Source of the DNA: Lingula anatina
Taxonomy: Eukaryota > Animalia > Brachiopoda
Direction of reading: 5' to 3'
Assembly (NCBI GenBank): GCA_051362555.1
Contig: CM120644.1
Coordinates: forward strand, 5,154,954-5,218,953
Length of the DNA stretch: 64,000 bases
Shown here: piece by piece, positions 1 through 12,871 of the stretch
Position numbering within the stretch: the stretch's first letter is position 1
Layout: the number at the start of each line of letters is the position of its first letter
Made by a program: the position numbers and the translations under genes
Notes under the pieces: model-generated
Database searches by the model: none
Told to the model about the DNA's origin: nothing
The model's input: only the letters and a program-made list of their open reading frames with translations

Positions 1-1648
1 ATGGAAAATTTTGATATAAAGATGATAGCAACTTTCATTTCAGATAAGTAACATTGCTGAAATAATTGAAAAATATCTATTTCAGCCCGCTGTTTGGGAC
101 ATGTCCTACTTTTGTTCTGTTTACCGTGTAATCTGATGTAGAACATGGGTCCCTTTTCATAAATTTCCTTGTATGTGAACAATGAGAACATTACTCAAAA
201 ACACTAACGCAGTGGGTCTACCAATGATGTGGGAACACTGCAGGGATATTCTCTTCTGCTACCTCACCTGCTAAGTCACCAATGGTGGATCTCAATTACC
301 TATATAACACGAGCAAGAATGGTTTTCTTCTTTTCTCATTTCTGATATAATTTCAGGTTCTTCAGGCCGGACGCCCCTTCACCGATTTCCCTGAAGCAGA
401 CACAAACATTGCAATAATGCGTAGAATCTGTCTGGCGAAAGTAAGTCATATCAGTAAACTGACTGTGTTTTCGTGATTTCACGTTGTTTTATGCTGTATA
501 ACGAGACATTGTGGATTCTTACAGCATCTTTTGGCTACTGTATTTTATTCAAGGACACAAACATTTTTGGTTCCGCATAAGTGACATAAATAATATGCTT
601 ATTTCGTATATTCAGGAAAATGCCAAATTCATTTTAAAAGTCACGTCTAACCCGTATTCTGTTTACCGTGTAATGTGGTGTATAACATGAGGGCATTTTA
701 TAAATTTCCTTGTATGTGAACAATGAGGGCACTAATTAAAAACACGACGCAATATATCAACATATGTTGTAAGAACGCAAGCTGGAGGAAATTCAAAATA
801 AAAACAATAATATTGCAGGAATATATTTCTGTTACCTGATCACAATCACATAATTAACTCAAGCAAAAATGGATTTTTTTTTCATTTCTGGTATAATTTC
901 AGTTTCGTCAGACGTTTCCTGCCGCAGACCCCTAAGTTCACTTTATATACCTGAATATGTAGAATGTGTTTGGCGATAGGAAATCACATCAGTAAAGTAT
1001 CCACGCAGGAAACTAACAATATTTCCATGATTTCACGTTATTTTTGTGCTATATAAAAAGAAACAGTGGAGCCTTAATGCATCTTTTTGGTATGTATGTA
1101 ACCTTATAGAGAACATAAGGGCTTTTCATTAAATTCCTTGAATGTAAACAATAAAGAGACTGGTTGAACCGGTGTATCTACCAATGATGCAAAATCAAAA
1201 GATAAAGGAAATACAAATGAATCACTAATATGTAGGAATGGAATATACATTTCTGCTACCTGCCAGTTTAAAAATTACAATAATATGTACATTATCAACA
1301 CAAGCAAGAATGTATTTTTTATTTTATTTCTGATAAATTTTCAATTTCTTCAGGCATTCTTCATTTCCGTGAGGTACCTGAAGCAGAAAGCAACGCCGTA
1401 CACTTTTATGTACATGTATATATTAATAATATGTAGAATGTCTGGCAATAGTATATAATATCAGTGTCCAGTTAGTAAACTGACAATGTTCTCATGATGC
1501 CACGTTATGTTTTGTGCTTTATAACAAGAAACAGGGGAGCCTTAAAGCATTCTGGTATCATAATTGATTCAAGTTAAAGAAGAAAATCTAATTATACGAA
1601 CACACGAAGTAGAAGATTAATAAACCCTTGCATGTCTCTTAACGTCTA

Positions 1649-2547
1649 TTAATCTGCAGATCCATACAAAAAGATTGACTTGTTGCCATGCTGATCAAAA
1701 TAATAATTAGTACAACCAAATAAGAACTCTTCCGAGCTAATGATGCCATCTTTATCTCGGTCAGTGTCGTTCATGGGTACTTCCGGCGGCAAGGTGTTCC
1801 GATGGGTTGTTAAAAAGTTGAAATACTCATCAGCGGACATTTCATTGTCGCAGTTAGCATCAAAGACGTTGAACCAGTCAGTACAGATACCAAACAGTTT
1901 GGCATGCAGCGTTTTATTGTGCAGGTCTGTTTGGAATATCTGAAGCCACACTCTAAGGTCCATTCCATGCGCCACGTTTAATTTGGTAGCAAGAAACCAA
2001 GATTGCCAATCCAAGTCCATTAATCCAAACAGTGCCTTAGCCCTCCACGAGGGAAGAACGCGAGCGCCCCTTGCCACCATCAAATCAACAAATTCCACCT
2101 TGTCGACCAATCCATCTCTATTGACGTCCAGTATTCTAAACCAAGCTTTCACTTTCACTTTCCATATCGCAGACGGTTCTTCCTGGAATAGTATGCACTT
2201 AAATAATATTTTGGGATCAGAAATAGAACAGTTATGGTTAAATATTTTAAAATGCTGACTCAGTTACTCTTTCTACACAATGCGATTTACTGTGTACTAT
2301 AGATCATCAAACGTGTATTGGAATATAAAATTTAATGTGTAAAGGAGTTTTTCAAATTTTGATTGATTCTCATATATTATGCGGACTCTAATCAAATGTA
2401 AACATGCCTATAGTATATTGTACCTTTTGTTATAAGCAATGGACATACAAGAAGGTTGTAACTTACATCTTGCCCGTCAGATCTGACAATAACGGCTTCA
2501 CATGAGCCAAAGAGAACTATGGGTAACAGAAAATTGAGCAGATATAT
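1649..2547 (-). pseudogene. Secreted EF-hand (SCP/aequorin-fold) gene, copy 1; start codon lost (ATA instead of ATG). Exons 2467-2547 and 1649-2182
   Basis: Near-identical to copy 2 at an offset of 3598. The signal exon reads ATA TAT CTG CTC where copies 2-4 read ATG TAT CTG (plus strand T2545 vs C6143). GT-AG sites are intact. EF loops DVNRDGLVDKVE, DANCDNEMSADE and DRDKDGIISSEE. Confidence 0.7.
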
Positions 2548-5246
2548 GATAACACTTCGTGTCTGAAATAAAAATCATAGCTAAGATACTTAGGGATATA
2601 TGTTTCAAGCTAGTAAATGCTTCATCTTGGAGAATCTTTATATCTATACATTAAGGAACAAATACCAAATTACCCCAAAAATGTGAGTTAATCGACAAAC
2701 TGTTTCATTAAAAAATTTTACTCTTTTACCTTTTTTCATGAGCCTAGCTATATAGAAAACTTAAGTCATCATCACAGTCTTTTCTGTGTATTATACGAAA
2801 ACAGTCGTTTTTTTAAATAAAGCAATACTCACTCTGTCTCAGCTCAAAAGGCCAAATTATTAAATGTAATTCTGTCTCAGCTGTTCCTGCCTTCACACAG
2901 ATGGTGATCAATGTTTAAATTAGGAAAATTAGGGGACATCAGATCACGTGGCCTTGTACGCAAATACGGGTATTATGCAAGCAAAGATGTCTCGTTTTAC
3001 GATTTCATATTCAGTTTTCGTGTTGTGTGTTCCAGATCATGGGAGCTTTTCATAAAATTCGTTGTACATGATCAATGAGGACACTGATCAAAATACCCCA
3101 GGATTAATATGTCAACGATAGTGGAAAAATTATATATTTACAGAGGTATTTACATAGGTTTATATTTCTACGTGTCAAAAAAAAGCACATTTTTGATTAA
3201 AATTAAATAATTAGCGAGATTTCTGATATAAACTTCAAGAAAAATACCCCTCCTGTGGGTACCTGAAGCAGACTCCAACACTGGGATTTTTTTCATTTTA
3301 TTTATTTTTAATTGGTAGGGATTTTCCACCAAAGGTATGATTTTCGATTTTAATTTCTGTATGTAGCTTGTTTATAAGCGTTTGGTATTCTTCTCGTGTC
3401 GTGATCCTAATTACCAATATTACAGTAAGCATACAGAGTAATGATTGAAGTATAAGCGTACATAATAAAATGTAAATAAAAATGACAGTGAATGTTTGTT
3501 TCACAATCAGATACGACTAACACAAAACTTTTTTCATAGCTATGTATATTGTGACAATTTTAAAAAAAAGACTAATTTTTCATATTTCGAAACATGACAT
3601 ATGGAAAATTTTGATATAAAGATGATAGCAACTTTCATTTCAGATAAGTAACATTGCTGAAATAATTGAAAAATATCTATTTCAGCCCGCTGCTTGGGAC
3701 ATGTCCTACTTTTGTTCTGTTTACCGTGTAATCTGATGTAGAACATGGGTCCCTTTTCATAAATTTCCTTGTATGTGAACAATGAGAACATTACTCAAAA
3801 ACACTAACGCAGTGGGTCTACCAATGATGTGGGAACACTGCAGGGATATTCTCTTCTGCTACCTCACCTGCTAAGTCACCAATGGTGGATCTCAATTACC
3901 TATATAACACGAGCAAGAATGGTTTTCTTCTTTTCTCATTTCTGATATAATTTCAGGTTCTTCAGGCCGGACGCCCCTTCACCGATTTCCCTGAAGCAGA
4001 CACAAACATTGCAATAATGCGTAGAATCTGTCTGGCGAAAGTAAGTCATATCAGTAAATTGACTGTGTTTTCGTGATTTCACGTTGTTTTATGCTGTATA
4101 ACGAGACATTGTGGATTCTTACAGCATCTTTTGGCTACTGTATTTTATTCAAGGACACAAACATTTTTGGTTCCGCATAAGTGACATAAATAATATGCTT
4201 ATTTCGTATATTCAGGAAAATGCCAAATTCATTTTAAAAGTCACGTCTAACCCGTATTCTGTTTACCGTGTAATGTGGTGTATAACATGAGGCCATTTTA
4301 TAAATTTCCTTGTATGTGAACAATGAGGGCACTAATTAAAAACACGACGCAATATATCAACATATGTTGTAAGAACGCAAGCTGGAGGAAATTCAAAATA
4401 AAAACAATAATATTGCAGGAATATATTTCTGTTACCTGATCACAATCACATAATTAACTCAAGCAAAAATGGATTTTTTTTCATTTCTGGTATAATTTCA
4501 GTTTCGTCAGACGTTTCCTGCCGCGACCCCTAAGTTCACTTTATATACCTGAATATGTAGAATGTGTTTGGCGATAGGAAATCACATCAGTAAAGTATCC
4601 ACGCAGGAAACTAACAATATTTCCATGATTTCACGTTATTTTTGTGCTATATAAAAAGAAACAGTGGAGCCTTAATGCATCTTTTTGGTATGTATGTAAC
4701 CTTATAGAGAACATAAGGGCTTTTCATTAAATTCCTTGAATGTAAACAATAAAGAGACTGGTTGAACCGGTGTATCTACCAATGATGCAAAATCAAAAGA
4801 TAAAGGAAATACAAATGAATCACTAATATGTAGGAATGGAATATACATTTCTGCTACCTGCCAGTTTAAAAATTACAATAATATGTACATTATCAACACA
4901 AGCAAGAATGTATTTTTTATTTTATTTCTGATAAATTTTCAATTTCTTCAGGCATTCTTCATTTCCGTGAGGTACCTGAAGCAGAAAGCAACGCCGTACA
5001 CTTTTATGTACATGTATATATTAATAATATGTAGAATGTCTGGCAATAGTATATAATATCAGTGTCCAGTTAGTAAACTGACAATGTTCTCATGATGCCA
5101 CGTTATGTTTTGTGCTTTATAACAAGAAACAGGGGAGCCTTAAAGCATTCTGGTATCATAATTGATTCAAGTTAAAGAAGAAAATCTAATTACACGAACA
5201 CACGAAGTAGAAGATTAATAAACCCTTGCATGTCTCTTAACGTCTA

Positions 5247-6145
5247 TTAATCTGCAGATCCATAGAAAAAGATTGACTGGTTGCCATGCTGATCAAAATA
5301 ATAATTAGTACAACCAAATAAGAACTCTTCCGAGCTAATGATGCCATCTTTATCTCGGTCAGTGTCGTTCATGGGTACTTCCGGCGGCAAGGTGTTCCGA
5401 TGGGTTGTTAAAAAGTTGAAATACTCATCAGCGGACATTTCATTGTCGCAGTTAGCATCAAAGACGTTGAACCAGTCAGTACAGATACCAAACAGTTTGG
5501 CATGCAGCGTTTTATTGTGCAGGTCTGTTTGGAATATCTGAAGCCACACTCTAAGGTCCATTCCATGCGCCACGTTTAATTTGGTAGCAAGAAACCAAGA
5601 TTGCCAATCCAAGTCCATTAATCCAAACAGTGCCTTAGCCCTCCACGAGGGAAGAACGCGAGCGCCCCTTGCCACCATCAAATCAACAAATTCCACCTTG
5701 TCGACCAATCCATCTCTATTGACGTCCAGTATTCTAAACCAAGCTTTCACTTTCACTTTCCATATCGCAGACGGTTCTTCCTGGAATAGTATGCACTTAA
5801 ATAATATTTTGGGATCAGAAATAGAACAGTTATGGTTAAATATTTTAAAATGCTGACTCAGTTACTCTTTCTACACAATGCGATTTACTGTGTACTATAG
5901 ATCATCAAACGTGTATTGGAATATAAAATTTAATGTGTAAAGGAGTTTTTCAAATTTTGATTGATTCTCATATATTATGCGGACTCTAATCAAATGTAAA
6001 CATGCCTATAGTATATTGTACCTTTTGTTATAAGCAATGGACATACAAGAAGGTTGTAACTTACATCTTGCCCGTCAGATCTGACAATAACGGCTTCACA
6101 TGAGCCAAAGAGAACTATGGGTAACAGAAAATTGAGCAGATACAT
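5247..6145 (-). CDS. Secreted EF-hand calcium-binding protein (SCP/calexcitin/aequorin fold), copy 2, 204 aa. Exons 6065-6145 and 5247-5780
   Basis: An 81-nt exon encodes MYLLNFLLPIVLFGSCEAVIVRSDGQD (signal-peptide-like) and ends at GTAAGT. It splices in phase 0 to EEPSAIWKVKVKAWFRILDVNRDGLVDKVEF... Three canonical EF loops, a degenerate EF2 and a C-terminal FFYG. Confidence 0.85.
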
Positions 6146-6610
6146 GATAACACTTCGTGTCTGAAATAAAAATCATAGCTAAGATACTTAGGGATATATG
6201 TTTCAAGCTAGTAAATGCTTCATCTTGGAGAATCTTTATATCTATACATTAAGGAACAAATACCAAATTACCCTTAAAATGTTTGATAATCGACAAACTG
6301 TTATTTTTAAATATTACTCTTTTTCATGAGCCTAGAAAACTTAAGTCATCATCACAGTCTTCTCTGTGTATTATACGAAAACAGTCGTTTTTTTAAATAA
6401 AGCAATACTCACTCTGTCTCAGCTCAAAAGGCAAAATTATTAAATGTAATTCTGTCTCAGCTGTTCCTGCCCTCACACAGATGGTGATCTATGTGTTAAT
6501 AAATAAAATTGGGAGACATCAGATCACGTAGTCTTTGACGTAAATACGGGTATTATGCAAGCAAAGATGTCTCGTTTTACGATTTCATATTCAGTATGTA
6601 ATAGGGATAA

Positions 6611-8390
6611 GGCCACACTTTTTTATTTTTATGGATGACATCCTCTAGGTACCCCAAAATCGGTGCGAGAGGGCGAAAAAAAAAAAAAAAAAAAAAAACA
6701 GTCAAAAAAAAAAAAAAAATACTGCTTAAGTAAAGGAATGCTGTCAGTACACAGCTGGAAACAAATTTTACCACAGAAACACGTATCAAACTAACAATAT
6801 GTCTTTATCCATGCTCTCAAAATATTAAAGCATTGTGAATACTTCGTAGAAATGTAAAAAAAAGTCATGAATAGCTATACTTCATATTACCAAATCTATT
6901 TAAGGTTATTTCATGCATTTAGTTGGTATAGCAATCAATAAAACAAATATCAATCAAACAGTGTGTCTTTATTTGTATTCTCAGAATATTAAAGCATTTT
7001 GAACACTTCACAGAAATGTTTAAAAAACGATGCAAAGATATGCTTAAGAGCGCATTCTCAACGAATTAATCCAGGTTTTACCAAGCCGGTGACCTAAAAA
7101 TGGCGGACGTACATGAAAGAAAACCCGCCTAATCTTTTAATAGTCTCTCCGCCTCCCCACACGTCGTCCCTGCGGGGTACAGTAATTAAATCGCGTCTCC
7201 GTTCGCCATGCGGAAGCTACCTGAGAAATATTAAGTGCGCATGCTCAACAGTTAAACTCGTGGTGAAGAAAGCATGGCGGCTGAAGGCGATCGAAGGAAA
7301 AAAGCTCTTCTGTTCTATTATCTTTGAAAACAGAGACGAAAAAGGAATAATTTGGCCCGTAGAGCAGCAATGAATCGACTATCTATGGAGATAATATCAC
7401 CAGAGATATTCACGGAAATATTAATGTTCGGAGCCGAGATTTAATTACTGTACCCCGCAGGGACGACGTGTGGGGAGGCGTGTGAGAGGCGGAGAGACTA
7501 TTAAAAGATTAGGCGGTTTTTCTTTCATGTACGTCCGCCATTTTTAGGTCACCGGCTTTGTAAAGCCTGGCTTAATTCGTTGAGAATGCGCTCTAATACT
7601 ACCAAATCTATTAAAGGTCATTTCGGACGATGACATTTTGTCTACTTCAACTCACACGAAGCAGCCAAACTGTCAGGTGGCCTGTCCGACCTTCAGCCCA
7701 CCGAATACCTCGACGCCCTTGTCGACCCTTTTTTCGCTAGAGAAAACCTGGTATTAATGTGCTGCTTTGTACAGAATGTCACAGAAATTTTTCGGGCGAT
7801 AATTGCTGGCCGCCGCCAGCCTTTCGCACAATTGTAAAAAAGGTGATATCTCCATGCCCAATATCAATGGCATACCAATCCAAAACGACGGCGCCCGTTC
7901 TCTTTATGACTTTTGTTGTTGTGTAATTTGAAAGTAATCCTAGAGATGAATTTGATGGAAAAGCGGCTGCATTTCCACTTGGCGATAACACGCATGCGCA
8001 GAAAGCTCATTTCCTGGCAAATTCAATAACGACGTTTGTGACAACCGACTTCGTTGGGGGCTGGGGGGGGGGGGATTTTTTTTTTTCTTTTTTTGGGAGA
8101 ACGGGCGAAAATCGGTGCGCGCGCAGGATGTCATCCATAAAAATAAAAAAGTGTGGCCTAATTTGAAAGTAATCCTAGAGATGAATTTGATGGCAAAGCG
8201 GCTGCATTTCCACTTGGCGATAACACGCATGCGCAGAAAGCTCATTTCCTGGCAAATTCAATAACGACGTTTGTGACAACCGACTTTGTTGGGGGCTGGG
8301 GGGGGGGGATTTTTTTTTTTTTTTTTGGGAGAACGGGCGAAAATCGGTGCGCGCGCAGGATGTCATCCATAAAAATAAAAAAGTGTGGCC
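6611..8390. mobile_element. Non-autonomous PIF/Harbinger-type element with ~34-bp TIRs and TAA TSD; right end tandemly duplicated (~7926-8160 and ~8161-8390)
   Basis: TAA|GGCCACACTTTTTTATTTTTATGGATGACATCCT at 6611 and its reverse complement ending GTGTGGCC|TAA at 8158 and 8390. Confidence 0.8.
7048..7593. mobile_element. Tourist-like MITE with ~145-bp TIRs and TAA TSD, nested in the previous element
   Basis: TAA|GAGCGCATTCTCAACGAATTAA...TTAATTCGTTGAGAATGCGCTC|TAA, with long near-perfect inverted arms. The rejoined flanks resemble the uninterrupted sequence at ~6875-6915. Confidence 0.85.
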
Positions 8391-10423
8391 TAACTGAGAT
8401 TCAGATCCATTTGTAAGGTATTTTTATTGGTAGGGCTTTTCCATCGGAGGTTAACTTTCAACACTGACATTCTGTATGTACTTAATTAATATGCTTTTGA
8501 TAGTCGTAGTCTAAAATACCAATATTACGGTAAACATACGGATTAATGATCAGGATAAAATAGATACATAATTAAATGGAAATAAAAAGACAATTATTCA
8601 ATGTTTGTTTCACAATGACTTTTTGTCAGTATATATATAGTGGCAAATGAAAAAAGAAAAATATTACAATTTTTAGAAATATGACACATGGAAAATATTA
8701 ACTGACAGATGATAACTTTCAATTCAGATTAATAACACCGCTGAAATAGTTTAAAAGGTTGATTGCAATCCGATGTAAAGGACGCGACAATTTTTTTTTT
8801 TTTTTTGTCGTGTTATTTGTTCTTGAACATGGGAACTTTTCATAAAATTCGATGTATATGATTAATGACGACACTGATCAAAACACGACAGGATTTATAT
8901 GCCAACGATATGAGAACATCTATATTTACAGGGGTTTATATTTCTACAAAAAAGTAACACATTTTAGGTCAAAATTAAATGATTAGCGTGGGCGAGAATG
9001 TATTTCTTTTTCATTTCTGATATTAACTTCAAGAAGCACACCCTTCCTGTGGATACCTGAAGCAGACACCAGCATTGAGATTTTTTATTTTAATTATCTT
9101 AATTGGTAGGGATTTTCGATTTTAATCTCTGTATGTACCTTGTTTATAAGATTTTGGTATTCATCTCGTGTCGTGGTCCTAAATACCAATATTACAGTAA
9201 GCATACAGATTAATTATTAAAGCGTACATAATAAAATGCAAATAAAAACGACAGTAACTGAATGTTTGTTTCACAATCAGATACGACTAACACAAAACTT
9301 TTTTCAATTCCTATGTATATTGTGACAAATTAAAAAGAAATAGACTAATTTTACATATTTCAAAACATGACATATGGAAAATGTTGATATAAAGTGATAG
9401 CAAATTTCATTTCCGATAAGTTACATTGCTGAAATAATTGAAAAGGTCTATTTCAACCCGCTGTTTGGAACATGTCCTACTTTTGTTCTGTTTACCGTGT
9501 GATCTGTTGTAGAACATGGGGTCCCTTTCATAAATTTCCTTGTATGTGAACAATGAGAACATTACTCAAAAACACTAACACGGTGGATCTACCAATGATG
9601 TGGGAATATGCTCATTTGCAGGGATATTCTCTACTGCTACCTGCCAAGAAGTCACCAATGGTAGATCTCAATTACCTATATAACACGAGCAAGAATGATT
9701 TTCTTTTTTTTCTCATTTCTGATATAATTTCAAGTTCTTCAGGCAGGACGCCCCTTCAGACACAAACATTGCAATAATACGTAGAATCTGTCTGGCGAAA
9801 GTAAGTCATTTCAGTTTCGTCAGGCAGCACACCCTTTCAGAGCGTTTCCTGCCGCAGACACCAAAGTTTACTTTATATACTTGTAATATGTAGAATGTGT
9901 TTGGCGATAGGAAATCACATCAGTAAAGTATCCACGTAGGAAACTAACAATATTTCCATGATTTCACGTTATTCTTGTGCTATATAACAAGAAACGGCGG
10001 AGCTTTAAAGCATCTTTTCCCATGTATATGATCTGATGGAGAACATACGGGCTTTTCATAAATTTCCTTGAATGTGAACAATAAGGGGACTGATTAAAAC
10101 CGATGATGTATCAAGATGCAAGATCACAAGGTAAAGGAAATACAAAATGAAACACTAATATGCAGAAATGGAATATACATTTCTGCTACCAGCCAACTTT
10201 AAGGTCACAATAATATCTTCATTATCAACGCGTACAAGAGTGTATTTTTTTAATTTCTCATAAAATTTCAATTTCTTCAGGCATTCTTCATTTCTGTGCG
10301 GTACCTCAAGCAGTAAGCATTGTTGAATCTCGGTATAGCATTTTATTCAAGCCAAAAATTAATATCTGGTTACATGTACGCGTCAACTAGAAAAATAATT
10401 AACCCATTCATGTGTGTTATTCT

Positions 10424-11335
10424 CTATTGATCTGCAGATCCATAGAAAAAGAGTGACTGGTTGCCTTTCTGGTCGAAATTATAATGATAACAACCAAATA
10501 AGAACTCTTCCAAGCTAATGGTGCCATCTTTATCACGGTCAGTGTCGTTCATAGGTACTTCTGTTGGCAAGGTGTTACGGAATATTGTTAAAAAGTTGAA
10601 ATACTCATCAGCGGACATTTCATTGTCGCAGTTAGCATCAAGGATGTTGAACCATTCAGTCCAGTAATCAAACAGTAGGGCTTCCAACGTTTTATTATGC
10701 AGGTCAATTTGGAATACTCGAAGCCACATTGTTAAATTCATTCCATGAGCCAGGTTTAATTTGGTACCAAGCATAAAAGACTGCCATTCCAAGTTCATTA
10801 ATCCAGATAGCGCCTTAGCCCTCCACGAGGGAAGCACTCGAGACCCCCTATCCGATATCAAATCAACGAACTCCACCTTGTCAACCAATCCATCAATGTT
10901 GACGTCCAGCTTTTTGAACCAGGCTTTAAACTTCCAAATCGCAGCAAAATCATCCTAGAAGAACTATATGCTTTTAGAAAATGTTATGATAAAAAAAAAG
11001 ACCAATGGTTTGATATTATTAATACATATTTAAGATCTTGACTTATTAACTTCCACATTGTGCAGCTTGTTATCCACTAGATCATTAAATATACATTGAA
11101 ATATCAAATATGCATGTGTAAGGGAAGCTTTTCCATTTGTGAGTTATTCTTATATCTTATGCGGACTCTAGTCATACATACATGTATATGCATGCATATA
11201 GTACATTTTAAATCTTGTTAGAAGGAAAGGACACATAAGAAAGTTGTAACTAACCTCTTGGCCATCAGATCTGACAATATCAGTTCCACAGGAGGCAAAG
11301 AGTAAAATGGGTAACAGAGGAATGAGCAGATACAT
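10424..11335 (-). CDS. Secreted EF-hand calcium-binding protein, copy 3, 203 aa. Exons 11255-11335 and 10424-10954
   Basis: Signal exon MYLLIPLLPILLFASCGTDIVRSDGQE with GTTAGT donor. Acceptor TTCTAG|GAT GAT gives DDFAAIWKFKAWFKKLDVNIDGLVDKVEF..., open to the stop. Confidence 0.85.
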
Positions 11336-12871
11336 GATAACCTCTCCGATCTGTAAAAAGTATGATAGTTAAACTAAATGTCGTCACAGATGTATTTTTC
11401 AAATTAATCAGTGGTTCCATATAAATAATCCTGATATCAATAGTTACAGAAAGAAACGCCAAATTACCTCGAATATGTATATTTATCAACAAACTGCTTT
11501 ATTGTTTTATCCTTAAATTCTTCTCTTCTGTATGTGCTTTCTATATGCCTTGCTTACTTTAGTAATGACGACAGCCTATCATGCAAAAACAGTTTCTTCC
11601 TAAGGTAACGCAACACTCACTCACCTCAGCTGTTCCTGCTTTCACGCGGATCGAGGATATAACTAACTTAAGATAAAGAGAATTGGGTGATTCCCGATCA
11701 CGTGGTCATAGAAACAAACCCAGTATGTTGCAATTTAAAATAAATTCACAATCAGAAAAAAATTACCCCAATGCATTTTTGTCAATTCAAAAATATGTAA
11801 TGAAAATTAGAAAAAAAAATCAATAGGAACTTGTAACATATTTAGAAACATGTCATTTGAAAGATTTAGACGTAAAGTTGATTGCAACCCACATTTCAGA
11901 TAAATTACATTACTGAAATAATTGAAAAAGGACTATTTCAAGGGGATGTTTAGGAACATGTCCTACCTTTGTTTTGTTTACCGTGTAATCTGATGTAGAA
12001 CATGAGTCCCTTTCATAATTGCCTTGTAAGCTGACATTGAGGACATTGGTTAAAAGCACTACACGATAATCTACCAATGATGTGGGAACATACTAATTTG
12101 CACTTCTGCCACCTGCCAAAAAGTCACTAATGGTAGATTTCATTTACATAATTTACGAAAGGAAGAATGTATTTCTTTTTCATTTGTTATATAATTTCAA
12201 TTTCTTCAAGCAGGATATCCCTCCTGTCAATTTCCGTTAAAGGAAATGTGTTACCCTTGCCGAAGGCATGTTGTGCCGCCTACAGGAGATAATTGCAGTA
12301 CGCGGTAGACGCACATGCTATTCGACATGTGACCTTCAACGAACACATCATTATGCTAATTGTGTGTAAATGTGGTTAAATTTGATGGTGTCTTTTTAAT
12401 TTAATGGGCATTTCTTTACCTCTGTGGAAATCATAGTGACATATTGCATTTGAGGGGTTCCGTGCTATAAAGTTGAATAAAGGTATAAAATATGTACCGG
12501 TATATCTTCACTGCTATTCTCGGTCTTTTTTGTGCTATTAATCATGTACTGTATGGCACATTAAATAAAAGACACATTGTGTAGACACAATTGCACCTAT
12601 GAGATGATTACTTGTAAAAAAGCACTTGAAATTGGAGGTGGGCTAACCCTTTTAACTAATGTTGTGTGCTTATAATATGTAGAATGTGTTTGGCGATAGT
12701 AAACCATAGGCATTAAGTGTCCAGTTAGTAAACACACAAAGTGTTCATAAATTTGTTTTGTGCAACATAGCGAAACAATGTGGAGTCTTGGTATCGTATT
12801 TGATTAAAGCCAAAAATCCGTTTATACATCAAAGTAGAAAGATAGGAAAGAAATTGGGTTCCTCTATTCGG

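Larger units (their letters stand above)
1..6600. repeat. Recent ~3.6-kb tandem duplication (units containing EF-hand copies 1 and 2)
   Basis: Sequence from 1 matches sequence from 3601 almost base for base until ~2670/6270, and less closely until ~3012/6594. Confidence 0.95.

Noticed and set aside
357-440. Plus-strand 84-nt exon-like segment (TTTCAG|VLQAGRPF...CLAK|GTAAGT) in the array spacer
   Set aside because: The homologous segment near 9735-9800 has an altered acceptor and a frame-breaking deletion, and no partner exons were found.
1649-11335. Calling the EF-hand proteins photoproteins
   Set aside because: Fold-level resemblance only. The aequorin His/Tyr/Trp catalytic set cannot be confirmed by eye, and SCP-like proteins are widespread in non-luminous animals.
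12237-12654. TTAA-bounded insertion in the spacer downstream of copy 4
   Set aside because: Absent from the homologous spacers, so probably an insertion, but the terminal inverted repeats are too weak to classify.
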